From positions 22,246 to 86,245 of the forward strand of contig CACENP010000003.1 of assembly GCA_902560815.1 (NCBI GenBank): a stretch of 64,000 bases of DNA. Direction: 5' to 3'. Shown here piece by piece: positions 1-10,943 of the stretch. The stretch's first letter is position 1; each line of letters begins with the position of its first letter. The notes under the pieces are model-generated. The model was not told the origin of the DNA. It made no database searches and saw nothing but the letters and a program-made list of their open reading frames with translations. Source of the stretch: an uncultured Pelagibacteraceae bacterium (GTDB lineage: Bacteria; Pseudomonadota; Alphaproteobacteria; Pelagibacterales; Pelagibacteraceae). Both the position numbers and the translations under genes were made by a program.

Positions 1-71
1 AAAAAATGAATTTAGTTGTGGAGATGCAAAAATAAAAATTATTAAGCCTAATTGGATAAAATAAATAAAAT

Positions 72-440
72 TTATAAAAATTTACTTAAATCAGGTTTAA
101 AATAATTTGGACCTTTCATAACTTTTCCAGATTCGTGGTAAATTGGTTTTCCATCAGAACCTAATTTGCTCATATTTGATTCTTGAACCTCATTAAAACA
201 TTTGTCTAAATTTATTCCAAACGCATGACCAGCTCCATATGCAACGTATAAAATATCTGTTAAAGCATCAGCAACCTCTAAAATATCATTATCTTTAATT
301 GCTTTTTTTAATTCTTCTAGTTCTTCATTGATTAAGCTTATTCTAAGCTCATTTATTTTATTATTACTAAGTTCAGCTTTTGTTTTAACTTCTTGTCCGA
401 AAGTTTTCATGAAGATTCCTACTTTTTCAAAATTTGTCAT
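72..440 (-). CDS. MazG-like / PRA-PH family nucleoside triphosphate pyrophosphohydrolase
   Basis: EELEEL...EVADALTDILYVAYG acidic metal-binding motifs; SNMSKLG..GK..KG C-terminal motif. Confidence 0.85.
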   Translation of the reverse strand: MTNFEKVGIFMKTFGQEVKTKAELSNNKINELRISLINEELEELKKAIKDNDILEVADALTDILYVAYGAGHAFGINLDKCFNEVQESNMSKLGSDGKPIYHESGKVMKGPNYFKPDLSKFL

Positions 441-509
441 ATTGCTCCTATTTGATTCTGGCTTAACTTAATGTATAAGAAATATAGCATTACATTCAAA
501 ATCTAAATT

Positions 510-1898
510 ATGAAATATAGAAAAGAATATGACAGTATTGGTCAAATTAACGTTCCTGTGGATAAGTATTGGGGGGCATCTACTCAAAGATCAAGTAAAT
601 ATTTTGATATTGGAGATTTTTTAGTTAGACCCATAGTCATCAAATCAATTGCTATAATAAAAAAGGCTGCAGCAACAGTAAATGAAAAAAATGGTGACCT
701 AAATAAAAAAATCAGCAAAACAATTATAAAAGCTGCGAATGAAGTTATTTCTGGAAAATTAATAAATCATTTTCCTTTAAAAGTTTGGCAAACAGGTTCT
801 GGAACACAAACAAATATGAATGTTAATGAGGTAATTGCTAATAGAGCAATTGAAATTTTAGGTGGAAAAAAAGGATCAAAAAAACCTGTTCACCCAAATG
901 ATCACGTTAATAAATCGCAATCAACTAACGATGTTTTTCCGACTGCAATGCATATGGCAATTGCAATGGAAGCAAGAGAAAAATTAATACCTAGTCTTAA
1001 TTTGCTTAATTTACAATTGAAGAAAAAATCTAAAGAGTTTAAGAAAATTGTTAAAATTGGAAGAACCCATTTGCAAGATGCTACGCCTTTAACTCTAGGT
1101 CAGGAATTCTCTGGCTATCATTTTCAACTAACAAAATGTATTGAAAGGATAAAAAAATCTTTAGAGGAAATATATTTTTTAGCTCAAGGTGGTACAGCTG
1201 TTGGGACAGGACTAAATACAAAAAAAGGATTTGATAAAAAAATAGTTTCTGAAATTAAAAAAATTACGAAACTTCCTTTTAAACCTTCTCAAAACAAGTT
1301 TGCTTCTTTAGCAGCTCATGACGCTATAGTTAATTTTTCGGGGACAATGAATACAACTGCAGTTTGTTTAATGAAAATTGCAAATGATATAAGATTTTTG
1401 GGATCAGGCCCTCGAGCTGGTTACGGAGAACTTATTTTGCCAGAAAATGAACCAGGTTCGTCAATAATGCCTGGCAAAGTAAATCCGACACAATGTGAAG
1501 CCGTAACTATGGTATGCGTAAAAGTTATTGGAAATCATAACGGTATAACGATGGCAGGTTCTCATGGTCATTTTGAATTAAATGTTTTTAAACCATTAAT
1601 CATTCATAATATTTTACAGTCAATTTATATAATGTCAGACTCTGCAAAAAGCTTTGCTAAATATTGTGTCTCAGGTTTAAAAGCTGATAAGAAAAGAATA
1701 AAAGAGTTGTTAGATAATTCATTAATGTTGGTAACAGCACTTGCTCCACATATTGGATATGATAATGCGGCTAAAATAGCAAAAAAAGCTTTAAAAAATA
1801 AAACAAAATTAAAAGATGAAGCTTTAAGGTCGGGATTAATTGGTGAAAAAGAATATGATAAAATAGTTGATCCAAAAAAAATGGTTAGTCCAAGTTAA
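510..1898 (+). CDS. fumC: class II fumarate hydratase
   Basis: [15 protein letters not shown] signature; [16 protein letters not shown]; [10 protein letters not shown]. Confidence 0.97.
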   Translation: MKYRKEYDSIGQINVPVDKYWGASTQRSSKYFDIGDFLVRPIVIKSIAIIKKAAATVNEKNGDLNKKISKTIIKAANEVISGKLINHFPLKVWQTGSGTQTNMNVNEVIANRAIEILGGKKGSKKPVHPNDHVNKSQSTNDVFPTAMHMAIAMEAREKLIPSLNLLNLQLKKKSKEFKKIVKIGRTHLQDATPLTLGQEFSGYHFQLTKCIERIKKSLEEIYFLAQGGTAVGTGLNTKKGFDKKIVSEIKKITKLPFKPSQNKFASLAAHDAIVNFSGTMNTTAVCLMKIANDIRFLGSGPRAGYGELILPENEPGSSIMPGKVNPTQCEAVTMVCVKVIGNHNGITMAGSHGHFELNVFKPLIIHNILQSIYIMSDSAKSFAKYCVSGLKADKKRIKELLDNSLMLVTALAPHIGYDNAAKIAKKALKNKTKLKDEALRSGLIGEKEYDKIVDPKKMVSPS

Positions 1899-3294
1899 TT
1901 TTTTTAAATTCCTTTGAAATTATACTATTTAGTTGTTGAATATTTTTAACTTCATAAAATGTCTTTTGACTATTTTCATTTTCATCAAAATTAATATTAG
2001 ATAAAAAATAATTTCCATCATCAATATTATATTCTACTTCAAAATAAACTTTATTTAAATCTATTCTATTTTGTCTTGGAATGAGAAATTTTCTATATAA
2101 TTCATCTTGATCGGCAACATCAAATTTAATTTTTGAATTGATAATTATTTTTTGATTTTTCTCATAAATTGAGGGATCAGAAAAATTTATTTTTCCTATT
2201 TTTTTTAATTTTACACTTGATTTATTTAAACTTATTTTTTCATCTAAAAAATTAATATTTATTACTAAGTTTTCAAATAATCGATTATTAATTTCATTTA
2301 GATTTATTTTTAAATTGCCATTAAAATTTAAATCTACAGTTTTATTTGTATTATATAAATTTAAAAAAAGATTATTTAGAACTGTTTGAATACTTACTCC
2401 AGATAAAATCAAATTTAAATCAAAAAAAAATGGATCTAATTCAATATTTCCAATTAACTTTGAATGATTTATTTTTTTGCTTTTATCATCCAGAAGTTCA
2501 ATATTGTTTTTATCAAATTTATAATTTAAGTCTAAATTATTTTTTAATAATTCAATATTTGTATTTCCTATAGTAAAGTTTTGATTTTCCTTATTAAATT
2601 TATTTGAAATATTTATTTGTGGACTATTAAATTTAATATCACTGATTGAAACATAAGGATTTGAAAAATTTTTTTTCCAGTTAAATTTAAAATTTGAACC
2701 AAATAAATTACCTAAAATATTTAACTTTTTTTCTTTATTTCGTAAATTGAAATAATATTCAAAATTCTTTATTTTTGAAATTGATATTATTTCGTCTTTA
2801 TCATTTCGAAAGAAAAAATTACTATTTTTTAAAAATATTGGCTTAGTAATATTATTTTTTAAGTGACTATAAAAATTTTTTATATCAACAAATTGTAAAT
2901 CTAAATCAACTTTATTTAAATAAATACTTTTTAATTCTATTTTTTTTTTTTTATGTAAATTTTTTGAAAAAATATTAATTTTTAAATATTTTGCTTCTAA
3001 GATTTTTTCTTCAGAATCGTCTTCAAAATATATATCACATTCTTCAATTAGAAAGTGTGGAGCCGGAACCATTAAATATGTAACCCCAGAAATATTTTTT
3101 AAATTTAACTTAAAATCTTTCAATACTTTTTTTTGGATTTCTTTCTCAAAATTTTCATAATTGTAAAAAGTAGGTATTGTGAAATACAATAATAATAAAA
3201 AAACTAATATAATTAGTGATATAATTGCGCCAAAAGGATTCTTATTTTTTAATTTTGAAATTTGGTCCTCGATCTTGGAAAAGTAATTTTTCAT
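1885..3294 (-). CDS. membrane-anchored hypothetical protein, AsmA-like
   Basis: N-terminal TM helix followed by a long beta-rich Asn/Lys-rich region; family call is by architecture only. Confidence 0.5.
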   Translation of the reverse strand: MKNYFSKIEDQISKLKNKNPFGAIISLIILVFLLLLYFTIPTFYNYENFEKEIQKKVLKDFKLNLKNISGVTYLMVPAPHFLIEECDIYFEDDSEEKILEAKYLKINIFSKNLHKKKKIELKSIYLNKVDLDLQFVDIKNFYSHLKNNITKPIFLKNSNFFFRNDKDEIISISKIKNFEYYFNLRNKEKKLNILGNLFGSNFKFNWKKNFSNPYVSISDIKFNSPQINISNKFNKENQNFTIGNTNIELLKNNLDLNYKFDKNNIELLDDKSKKINHSKLIGNIELDPFFFDLNLILSGVSIQTVLNNLFLNLYNTNKTVDLNFNGNLKINLNEINNRLFENLVININFLDEKISLNKSSVKLKKIGKINFSDPSIYEKNQKIIINSKIKFDVADQDELYRKFLIPRQNRIDLNKVYFEVEYNIDDGNYFLSNINFDENENSQKTFYEVKNIQQLNSIISKEFKKINLD

Positions 3295-3331
3295 AGTTGC
3301 CGAAAATAGGATTTACACTAAAAGTAGTAAA

Positions 3332-5362
3332 ATGTTAAATTTAGAATATTTAAAAAATCTTAATGATAAACAAAAAGAGGCTGTTTTATCTATCGATGGA
3401 CCACTTTTAATAGTAGCTGGTGCAGGATCTGGTAAAACCAAAGTACTTATTTCAAGAATTGCTCACATAATTGAAAAAAAAAATGCATATCCAAATCAAA
3501 TACTTGCAGTCACATTTACTAATAAAGCTGCAAAAGAAATGCAGAATAGAATCAGCAATATTTTAAAAAAAGGAGCGGTTGGCCTTCCATGGCTTGGCAC
3601 TTTTCATTCAGTATGTGCAAAACTTTTAAGAAAACACGCAAGAGCTGTTAATTTGAATTCAAATTTTACAATAGTTGATCAAGATGATCAAATTAAACTA
3701 ATTAAAAATATTTCAAAAGCAGAAAATATAGATACAAAAAAAATATCTCCCAAATATATTCTTTCAATAATTGATCAGTGGAAAAATAAAGGATGGTATC
3801 CAGAGGATGTAATATTAAAAAAAAGAGAAATATTAGAAAAAAGTTTTTTAAGTATATATAAAATTTACCAAACTAAATTACTTGATCTGAATGCGTGCGA
3901 TTTCAGTGATTTAATATTACACTCAGTAAAAATTTTTGAAAAAAATCCTGATATAGCTGAAATGTACTCTAAAAATTTTAAATATATTTTAGTTGATGAG
4001 TATCAAGATACAAATTTAATTCAAAGTAAATGGCTTAACTATTTAGCAAAACATAATCAAAATATTTGCTGTGTGGGTGATGATGATCAATCAATTTACA
4101 GCTGGAGAGGAGCTGAAATAAAAAATTTTTTAGAATTTGACAAAATATATGATAATACGAAAATTGTTAGACTTGAAAGAAATTATAGATCAACACAAAA
4201 TATACTATCAGTAGCATCAAAAATAATATCAAATAATGAAGCTAGAGTTGGCAAAAATCTTTTCACTGAAGGAGAAGATGGAGATTTAGTTTCATTAAAT
4301 TGTTTCAGAAATGGAAAAGATGAAGCTACAGGAGTTAGTGATGAAATTGAAAAGTTAAAAAAAAAATACTCTTTAAATAATATATCCATTTTAGTAAGAG
4401 CAATATTTCAAACAAGAGAATTTGAAGAAAGATTTTTAAAAATTGGGATACCATACAGAATCATTGGAGGCACAAAATTTTATGAACGTGCTGAAATAAA
4501 AGACTGTATCGCTTATCTTAGATCTGTAAACCAAAGTAGAGATGATTTTTCTTTTGAAAGAATTATAAACACTCCAAGAAGATCAATTGGTGAAACTACT
4601 ATTAAACAGATAAATGAATATGCAAAACAAAATGGTTTATCTTTAGAAAAATCTGCGATTTCTTTGATTCAAGAAAATAAAATAAAGCCAAAAACAAAAT
4701 TGGGGCTAAGTTCTTTATTAAATTTATTAGCAAAATGGAGAAATGATGTATTAAACAAAAAGATAGGACATATAAAATTAATACAAACTATTTTGGATGA
4801 ATCTGGTTATAGCCAAATGTTAAAAAATAAAAAAGATTTAGAAAATGAAAATAGGTTAGAAAATATAAAAGAATTAATTAATGCAATGAAAGAGTATGAT
4901 AATTTGGAAAGTTTTTTAGAACATGTTGCACTAGCAACTTCGCTAGATCAAGACTGGGAGGATAAAAAAGTTAATTTAATGACAATGCACGCATCAAAAG
5001 GATTAGAGTTTGATGTTGTTTTTTTACCTGGATGGGAGGAGGGTTTGTTTCCTCACCAAAAATCAATTGAAGAAAAAGGTCAAAAAGGATTGGAAGAAGA
5101 GAGAAGATTGGCCTATGTTGGAATTACTAGAGCAAAAAAGCAAGCAATTATATCGTTTTCAATGAATAGATTTTATCAAGGAGATTGGATTGATAGTTTG
5201 GCATCAAGATTTATTGATGAATTGCCACATGAAAATATTAAAAAAAATAACTATTTTGAAGAAAATGGAGAAGATGATTTTGATTTTAACCAAGATATAG
5301 ATTTTGAAAATGAAATTAAAAGTCCAGGATGGATAAGATATCAAAAAAAATTAAAAAGGTAA
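3332..5362 (+). CDS. uvrD: UvrD/PcrA/Rep ATP-dependent DNA helicase
   Basis: AGAGSGKT Walker A, VDEYQD, VGDDDQSIYSWRGA, TMHASKGLEF, EERRLAYVGITRA. Confidence 0.95.
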   Translation: MLNLEYLKNLNDKQKEAVLSIDGPLLIVAGAGSGKTKVLISRIAHIIEKKNAYPNQILAVTFTNKAAKEMQNRISNILKKGAVGLPWLGTFHSVCAKLLRKHARAVNLNSNFTIVDQDDQIKLIKNISKAENIDTKKISPKYILSIIDQWKNKGWYPEDVILKKREILEKSFLSIYKIYQTKLLDLNACDFSDLILHSVKIFEKNPDIAEMYSKNFKYILVDEYQDTNLIQSKWLNYLAKHNQNICCVGDDDQSIYSWRGAEIKNFLEFDKIYDNTKIVRLERNYRSTQNILSVASKIISNNEARVGKNLFTEGEDGDLVSLNCFRNGKDEATGVSDEIEKLKKKYSLNNISILVRAIFQTREFEERFLKIGIPYRIIGGTKFYERAEIKDCIAYLRSVNQSRDDFSFERIINTPRRSIGETTIKQINEYAKQNGLSLEKSAISLIQENKIKPKTKLGLSSLLNLLAKWRNDVLNKKIGHIKLIQTILDESGYSQMLKNKKDLENENRLENIKELINAMKEYDNLESFLEHVALATSLDQDWEDKKVNLMTMHASKGLEFDVVFLPGWEEGLFPHQKSIEEKGQKGLEEERRLAYVGITRAKKQAIISFSMNRFYQGDWIDSLASRFIDELPHENIKKNNYFEENGEDDFDFNQDIDFENEIKSPGWIRYQKKLKR

Positions 5363-5368
5363 TTTTAA

Positions 5369-7066
5369 ATGATGAGTTTATTGAAAAAATTAATTAATAG
5401 TAAAAATATTGATGGCTATATAGTGCCTAAAAATGACGAATTTTTTTCTGAATATGCTTTTCCGAATAGATTAAAATTTGTATCTAACTTTTCTGGTTCA
5501 GCAGGCTTAGCAATAATATTTAAAGATGAAAACTTTTTATTTGTTGATGGTAGATACATACTTCAAGCAAATATAGAATGTGGTAAGAATTTTAAAATAT
5601 TTGAAATTCCTAAAATTAGACCATTTGAAGTATTAAAAAAAAGAAAAGTTAAACCTACACTGGGATTTGATCCAAAATTATTTACTGAATTAAGCTTAAA
5701 ATCAAATTTTGGTGATAGCTGTAATTTAATGCCAATTAATAAAAACTTAATAGATGAAGTTTTTAATTTAAAAAATAATTTTAAATCAAAAGAATTTTAT
5801 TGTTTAAATGAAGTTGTTGCAGGTGAAAAAATAATCTCAAAAATAAATAAATTATCTTTAATACTTAAAAAAAAAAAAATACAAAATATATTTATCAGTG
5901 CACCTGAAAACTGTGCTTGGTTATTAAATATTAGAGGGTTTGATAATCCAAACAGTCCCATTCCAAACTGCCAAATAATTATTAATAATAAAAATATACA
6001 TTTTTTTTCAGATATTAAAAAAATAAAAAAAATTAAAAATAAAATAAATTATAAAAAAATTAAATTTTATGAATTTAAAGAATTTGTAAAAGTAATACAT
6101 GGTTTAAAAGGTGACAGTTTCTCAATTGATAAAAATAGTTGCTCAATTTTCAATAAAAATATTATTTTATCAAAGTTTAATATTTTAAATGAAATTGACC
6201 CATGCTACTCGTTGAAAGCCATAAAGAATAAAATTGAAATTCAAAATATGATTAATGCACATATTGCAGATGGCGCTGCTTTAACAAAATTTTTATATTG
6301 GATAAAAAATAAAAAAAAATTCAATTTGACAGAATTAGATGCTGAAAAAAAATTGGAAAAATTTAGAAAAAAAAATATAAACTTTTTATATCCAAGTTTT
6401 AATACTATTGCGGGCTCTGGACCTAATGGCGCTATAATTCATTATAGAGCAAATAAAAATTCTAATAGAAAAATTAACAAAAAAGATATTTTCTTATGTG
6501 ATTCTGGTGGACAATATAAATATGGAACAACGGATGTAACAAGAACCATTTGTTTTTCAAAACCCTCTACAAAAGTTAAAAATATTTTTACTAGAGTTTT
6601 AAAGGGCCATATTGCTGTTTTTAGTACTAATTTGAATAAAGTGAATACTGGAGAAAAAATAGATAAAAAAGCAAGATTTTTTTTAAAAAAAGTTAACTTA
6701 GATTATGCACACGGTACTGGCCATGGAGTTGGTTGTTTTTTAAATGTACATGAAGGCCCACAGGCTATTTCAAAATATAATAAAGTTAAAATAAAACCAG
6801 GTATGATCCTGAGTAATGAACCTGGATACTATGAAAAAAAAAAATTCGGTATTAGAATAGAAAATTTAATTTATGTAAAAAAGAATAATAATAAAATAAT
6901 TTTTAAAAATTTAACTTTAGCACCTATTGATACTGATCTAATAAATTTTAAAATGTTAAATTCTTTAGAAAAAAATTATTTATTTAATTATCATATGGAT
7001 ACTTATGCAAAAATATCAAAGTTTTTAAATTTTAATGAAAAAAAATGGCTTTTAAGTTTAATTTAA
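5369..7066 (+). CDS. pepP: Xaa-Pro aminopeptidase (M24B)
   Basis: DSGGQYKYGTTDVTRT, HGTGHGVG..LNVHEGP, SNEPGYY, GIRIEN. Confidence 0.93.
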   Translation: MMSLLKKLINSKNIDGYIVPKNDEFFSEYAFPNRLKFVSNFSGSAGLAIIFKDENFLFVDGRYILQANIECGKNFKIFEIPKIRPFEVLKKRKVKPTLGFDPKLFTELSLKSNFGDSCNLMPINKNLIDEVFNLKNNFKSKEFYCLNEVVAGEKIISKINKLSLILKKKKIQNIFISAPENCAWLLNIRGFDNPNSPIPNCQIIINNKNIHFFSDIKKIKKIKNKINYKKIKFYEFKEFVKVIHGLKGDSFSIDKNSCSIFNKNIILSKFNILNEIDPCYSLKAIKNKIEIQNMINAHIADGAALTKFLYWIKNKKKFNLTELDAEKKLEKFRKKNINFLYPSFNTIAGSGPNGAIIHYRANKNSNRKINKKDIFLCDSGGQYKYGTTDVTRTICFSKPSTKVKNIFTRVLKGHIAVFSTNLNKVNTGEKIDKKARFFLKKVNLDYAHGTGHGVGCFLNVHEGPQAISKYNKVKIKPGMILSNEPGYYEKKKFGIRIENLIYVKKNNNKIIFKNLTLAPIDTDLINFKMLNSLEKNYLFNYHMDTYAKISKFLNFNEKKWLLSLI

Positions 7067-9079
7067 AATTCTTTCCCATTCTGACTGAGTAATTACTTTT
7101 ATATTTAATTCTTTTGCTTGCTTAACTTTTTTTACAGTAGGCTTTTCACCTATTACTAAATAATCAAGTTTTTTGCTTATATTGCTAAGAATTTTTCCAG
7201 AATTTTCTTCTATTAAAGATTTTGCCTCAGCTCTACTAATATTTGAAAGTTTGCCTGTAAACATGAATGTTTTATTTACCAGTTTACCTTTTGTATTCTG
7301 TATAACATTTCTTATATTTAAAATTGAAATTAATTTTTCAACTACATTTAAATTAACCTGATCTGAAAAAAAGTTTTTTAATGATTTTATTTGAGTTTCT
7401 CCAATACCATCTAAATTTCCAAGAGTATTAAAGTTAAAATTTGTTGTTAATTCTTTGAAACTTTTTATATTTAAAAAATATTGAGATAAAAGTCTCGCAT
7501 TTTCTTGGCCAATATGTCTTATTCCTAATGAAAATATAAATTTATCTAATCCAATATTTTTTGATTTTTCAATTGATTTTCTTAAATTATTTGCAGAAAG
7601 TTCTCCCCATCCATCTAGATTTTCAATTTTTTTATAATTTAAATTAAATATATCAAATGGTAGCTTTATAAATTTTAGATCCCAAAATTTTTCAACAACC
7701 TTTTTGCCTAATCCTTCAATATTAAAGGCTTCTTTTGAAACAAAATGTTTAATTTTTTCAATTGCGATTTTTTCACATTTATAACCTTCGCTTGAACATC
7801 TTTTTACTGCATCATATTTTTTTGAGATTTTATTAAAATCTTTTATTATTTTTGAACCACATGAAGGACATTTTTTTGGAAATAAGAATTTTTTTGAATC
7901 TCTTGGTCTTTTTTTTAAATCTATTGAAAGAACATGTGGAATTACATCGCCTGCTCTTTCAACTTTAACTACATCCCCAATCCTAATATCTTTTCTAATT
8001 ATTTCTTCTTCATTGTGAAGAGTTGCATTTGAAACCATAACACCACCTATATTAACTGGTTTTATTTTAGCAACTGGAGTTAATGCACCTGTTCTTCCTA
8101 TTTGTACTTCTATATTTAATATTTTTGAAAATGAACTGTCTGCTGAAAATTTATGTGCTATAGCCCACCTAGGAGCATTAGAGACAAAACCTAATCTTTT
8201 TTGTAGATCTAAATTGTTTATTTTGTATACCAGCCCATCTACATCAAAATCTAAATCATGTCTTTTTTTTTCTAACTCCTTATGATTTTGAACTAAATTA
8301 TCAATACCACTAATAACTGTGTTAAATTCATTTACATTAAAACCCCAAAGTTTTAGAAGATTTAAAAATTCAGATTGTTTCTTAAAATTTATTTCACTAT
8401 TAAATCCGTAGGTATAAGCAATAAATTTAAGAGGAATTTTTTTTGTTTCATTTGGATCTTTTTGTCTAAGAGATCCTGATGCTGCATTTCTTGGATTTGC
8501 AAATCGATCTTTTATTTTTTCAAAATCATCTTTTCCTATGTAAACTTCACCTCTTATATCTATGTCTTTAGGAAAGTTTTTATCTTTAATATATTTTGGA
8601 ATATCTTTAATTGTTTTTAAATTTTCAGTAATTATTTCACCTGCTGTTCCATCTCCTCTTGATAAACCTAAAACAAAATTGTTATTTTTATAAGTTAAAG
8701 ATGCTGAAATACCATCTATTTTTGGCTCAACACTATATTCGATATCAAAACTTTTTTTTAAGTTTAAAAAATTAGATATTTTTTTTTCAAAATTTTTTAA
8801 ATCCTCATAATTAAATGCATTTGATAATGAAAGCATCTTTGCTCTATGTTTTGATTTAAGAAAATTTTTTGCTGGTTTGGCGCCAACTAATAAGGATGGT
8901 GATTTTTTACTTCTTAAATAAATATATTTGTGCTCTAATTCAATAATATCTTTTTTTAATTTATCATATTCTGCGTCTGATATTGTTGGACTACTTTTCT
9001 CGTAATATAATTTATTATACTCATTAATTTTTTTTATTTTTTTTAAATATGAATTTTTTATTAAATTCCTATCTTTCAT
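7058..9079 (-). CDS. ligA: NAD-dependent DNA ligase
   Basis: EPKIDG adenylation motif, RGDG, NPRNAASGSLRQ, Zn-finger CPSCGS, C-terminal BRCT. Confidence 0.97.
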   Translation of the reverse strand: MKDRNLIKNSYLKKIKKINEYNKLYYEKSSPTISDAEYDKLKKDIIELEHKYIYLRSKKSPSLLVGAKPAKNFLKSKHRAKMLSLSNAFNYEDLKNFEKKISNFLNLKKSFDIEYSVEPKIDGISASLTYKNNNFVLGLSRGDGTAGEIITENLKTIKDIPKYIKDKNFPKDIDIRGEVYIGKDDFEKIKDRFANPRNAASGSLRQKDPNETKKIPLKFIAYTYGFNSEINFKKQSEFLNLLKLWGFNVNEFNTVISGIDNLVQNHKELEKKRHDLDFDVDGLVYKINNLDLQKRLGFVSNAPRWAIAHKFSADSSFSKILNIEVQIGRTGALTPVAKIKPVNIGGVMVSNATLHNEEEIIRKDIRIGDVVKVERAGDVIPHVLSIDLKKRPRDSKKFLFPKKCPSCGSKIIKDFNKISKKYDAVKRCSSEGYKCEKIAIEKIKHFVSKEAFNIEGLGKKVVEKFWDLKFIKLPFDIFNLNYKKIENLDGWGELSANNLRKSIEKSKNIGLDKFIFSLGIRHIGQENARLLSQYFLNIKSFKELTTNFNFNTLGNLDGIGETQIKSLKNFFSDQVNLNVVEKLISILNIRNVIQNTKGKLVNKTFMFTGKLSNISRAEAKSLIEENSGKILSNISKKLDYLVIGEKPTVKKVKQAKELNIKVITQSEWERILN

Positions 9080-9920
9080 TTTTTAACAATGATTTTATTT
9101 TATCTAAAGTTGATAATTTATTTTTTTCCTTTTTTCTTTTTGAAATTTTTTTATAATTTTTATTAAATACTTTATAAGATTCTTTGTACCATTCACTTGA
9201 TTGATAATTATAACCTAGCAAACTTGCATATTTTTTTGACTCTTCTACCAGGCCAATTTTATAATGAATTTCTACTAGCCTATGCAAGGCTTCTTCCACA
9301 TAAATAGTCGTATCATATTTGTTTACAACATTTTTATATCTATTAATTGCTGGTATCCATTTTTCTCTTTCAATATAATATCTGGCTAAATACATTTCCT
9401 TTGAAGCTAAAATTTCTTGAATTAGTTCTAATTTATATTCAGCATCTAAAGCAAAATCTGAATTTGGATAATTATCCATGATAAACTTAAAATTTTGTTG
9501 TGCATCAATAATTGAGCCTAAATCTTTTTTCTCATCTGCTATCTGCTCATAGTAGCTCATTGCAAGTAAATAATAAGCATAACTTAAGCGATCATGATTA
9601 GGGTAGATGTTTATAAATCTTTTTAATTCTTCAATTGAATCTTCATAATAAGATCCATAATAATAAGAATAAGCTGACATTAATGATGATCTTGGTGCCC
9701 ATTTTGATTGAGGGTATAAAAGTTCCGCCTCATTAAATTTCTTTGCGGCCTCTAAGGGAAGTTTATTTTCTAATAATTCAAGACCCTCTTTGTATGAATC
9801 GATCATTTGAAGATCTAGATCTTTTTCTTCTATAACCGATACCTGTTTTTCAGAATTATTGTTACAATTAGTTACAAAAATTAAAGTAATTATTAAAATA
9901 AATTTAAGAAATTTACTCAT
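9069..9920 (-). CDS. bamD: outer membrane protein assembly factor BamD (ComL)
   Basis: lipoprotein-like N-terminus with Cys; TPR repeats (YPQSKWA, YAYYLLAMSYY, EEALHRLVE, NYQSSEWY). Confidence 0.92.
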   Translation of the reverse strand: MSKFLKFILIITLIFVTNCNNNSEKQVSVIEEKDLDLQMIDSYKEGLELLENKLPLEAAKKFNEAELLYPQSKWAPRSSLMSAYSYYYGSYYEDSIEELKRFINIYPNHDRLSYAYYLLAMSYYEQIADEKKDLGSIIDAQQNFKFIMDNYPNSDFALDAEYKLELIQEILASKEMYLARYYIEREKWIPAINRYKNVVNKYDTTIYVEEALHRLVEIHYKIGLVEESKKYASLLGYNYQSSEWYKESYKVFNKNYKKISKRKKEKNKLSTLDKIKSLLKNER

Positions 9921-9958
9921 TATAAACTCTTATCAGAATTTAAAAAAAATTCTAATTA

Positions 9959-10879
9959 TTATGCAATTGATTTTAATGGTAATTTATTGATGTAACTATG
10001 AGGGATAGATTTTTCGTTAATTTCAAATATTGAATAATTGCTCTTATCTTTAAACAATTGTCGTAGTAGTTGATTAGTTAAACTGTGTCCTCCTTGTGAA
10101 CATTTTATTGATCCAATTATTTTAAATCCAGCTAAATATAGATCTCCCATGCAGTCCAAAATTTTGTGATTAACAAATTCTAAATTATTTCTTAATCCTT
10201 CTTTATTTAATAATTCAGTATCTTTTACAACAAGCGCATTATTTAAACTTCCTCCTTTTGCAAAACCCATATTTCTTAAATTTTCAATATCTTCATACAA
10301 ACAAAATGTCCTTGAATTAAAAATATCTGATAAATCATTTTCGTATATATTTATTTTTCTTCTTTGGTTTCCGATAAAAGAATTATTAAACTTTATTTCA
10401 AAATCTATTTCGAGACTAACATTAGTCTTATCAATTGATATATTCTTTATTCCATCTTCAACTTCAACTTTTTTGTTAATTTTAATTAATTTAATTGGAG
10501 TTTCGCTGATATCAAAACCTACTTTTAAAAATTTATCTACAAAAACTTTTGCTGAGCCATCCATTATAGGAACTTCTTGAGAATTAATTTCAATAACTGC
10601 ATTATCTATTCCCAATCCATATAGGGCGCCCATTAAATGTTCAATCGTAGAAACTGATACACCTTGTTCATTCGATATAGTTGTGCAAAGTGTTGCATTT
10701 GAAACATTAAAAACATTAGGTATTATTATATTATTATTTTTTAGATCTACTCTCTTAAAAGTTATTCCTGTGTTAGGTCTTGAAGGCAATACTGCCATTG
10801 AAACTTTTTGACCTTTGTGAAGTCCTACACCTTCAAATATAATTTTTTCTTTTAATGTTTTTTGTTTCAGAGCTGACAT
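9959..10879 (-). CDS. lpxC: UDP-3-O-acyl-N-acetylglucosamine deacetylase
   Basis: QKTL..GVGLH, STIEHLM, HKILDCMGDL Zn ligands. Confidence 0.96.
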   Translation of the reverse strand: MSALKQKTLKEKIIFEGVGLHKGQKVSMAVLPSRPNTGITFKRVDLKNNNIIIPNVFNVSNATLCTTISNEQGVSVSTIEHLMGALYGLGIDNAVIEINSQEVPIMDGSAKVFVDKFLKVGFDISETPIKLIKINKKVEVEDGIKNISIDKTNVSLEIDFEIKFNNSFIGNQRRKINIYENDLSDIFNSRTFCLYEDIENLRNMGFAKGGSLNNALVVKDTELLNKEGLRNNLEFVNHKILDCMGDLYLAGFKIIGSIKCSQGGHSLTNQLLRQLFKDKSNYSIFEINEKSIPHSYINKLPLKSIA

Positions 10880-10943
10880 GCTCTATAAATACATCCTTAA
10901 TTATGATGAAAAAATACAACAAATATTACAAGAAAATACGAAA

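Noticed and set aside
1-71. Open hydrophobic frame on the minus strand running off the window start
   Set aside because: No convincing start codon and too little sequence to identify.
557-565. Perfect DnaA boxes (TGTGGATAA) here and at 59879-59887
   Set aside because: They are isolated and inside CDSs (fumC, envZ), with no cluster or origin-like spacer; consistent with chance.
2940-2952. Long A/T homopolymers (here and in pepP near 5867-5879) as phase-variation tracts
   Set aside because: They are in frame, encode poly-Lys, and are expected in such AT-rich DNA.
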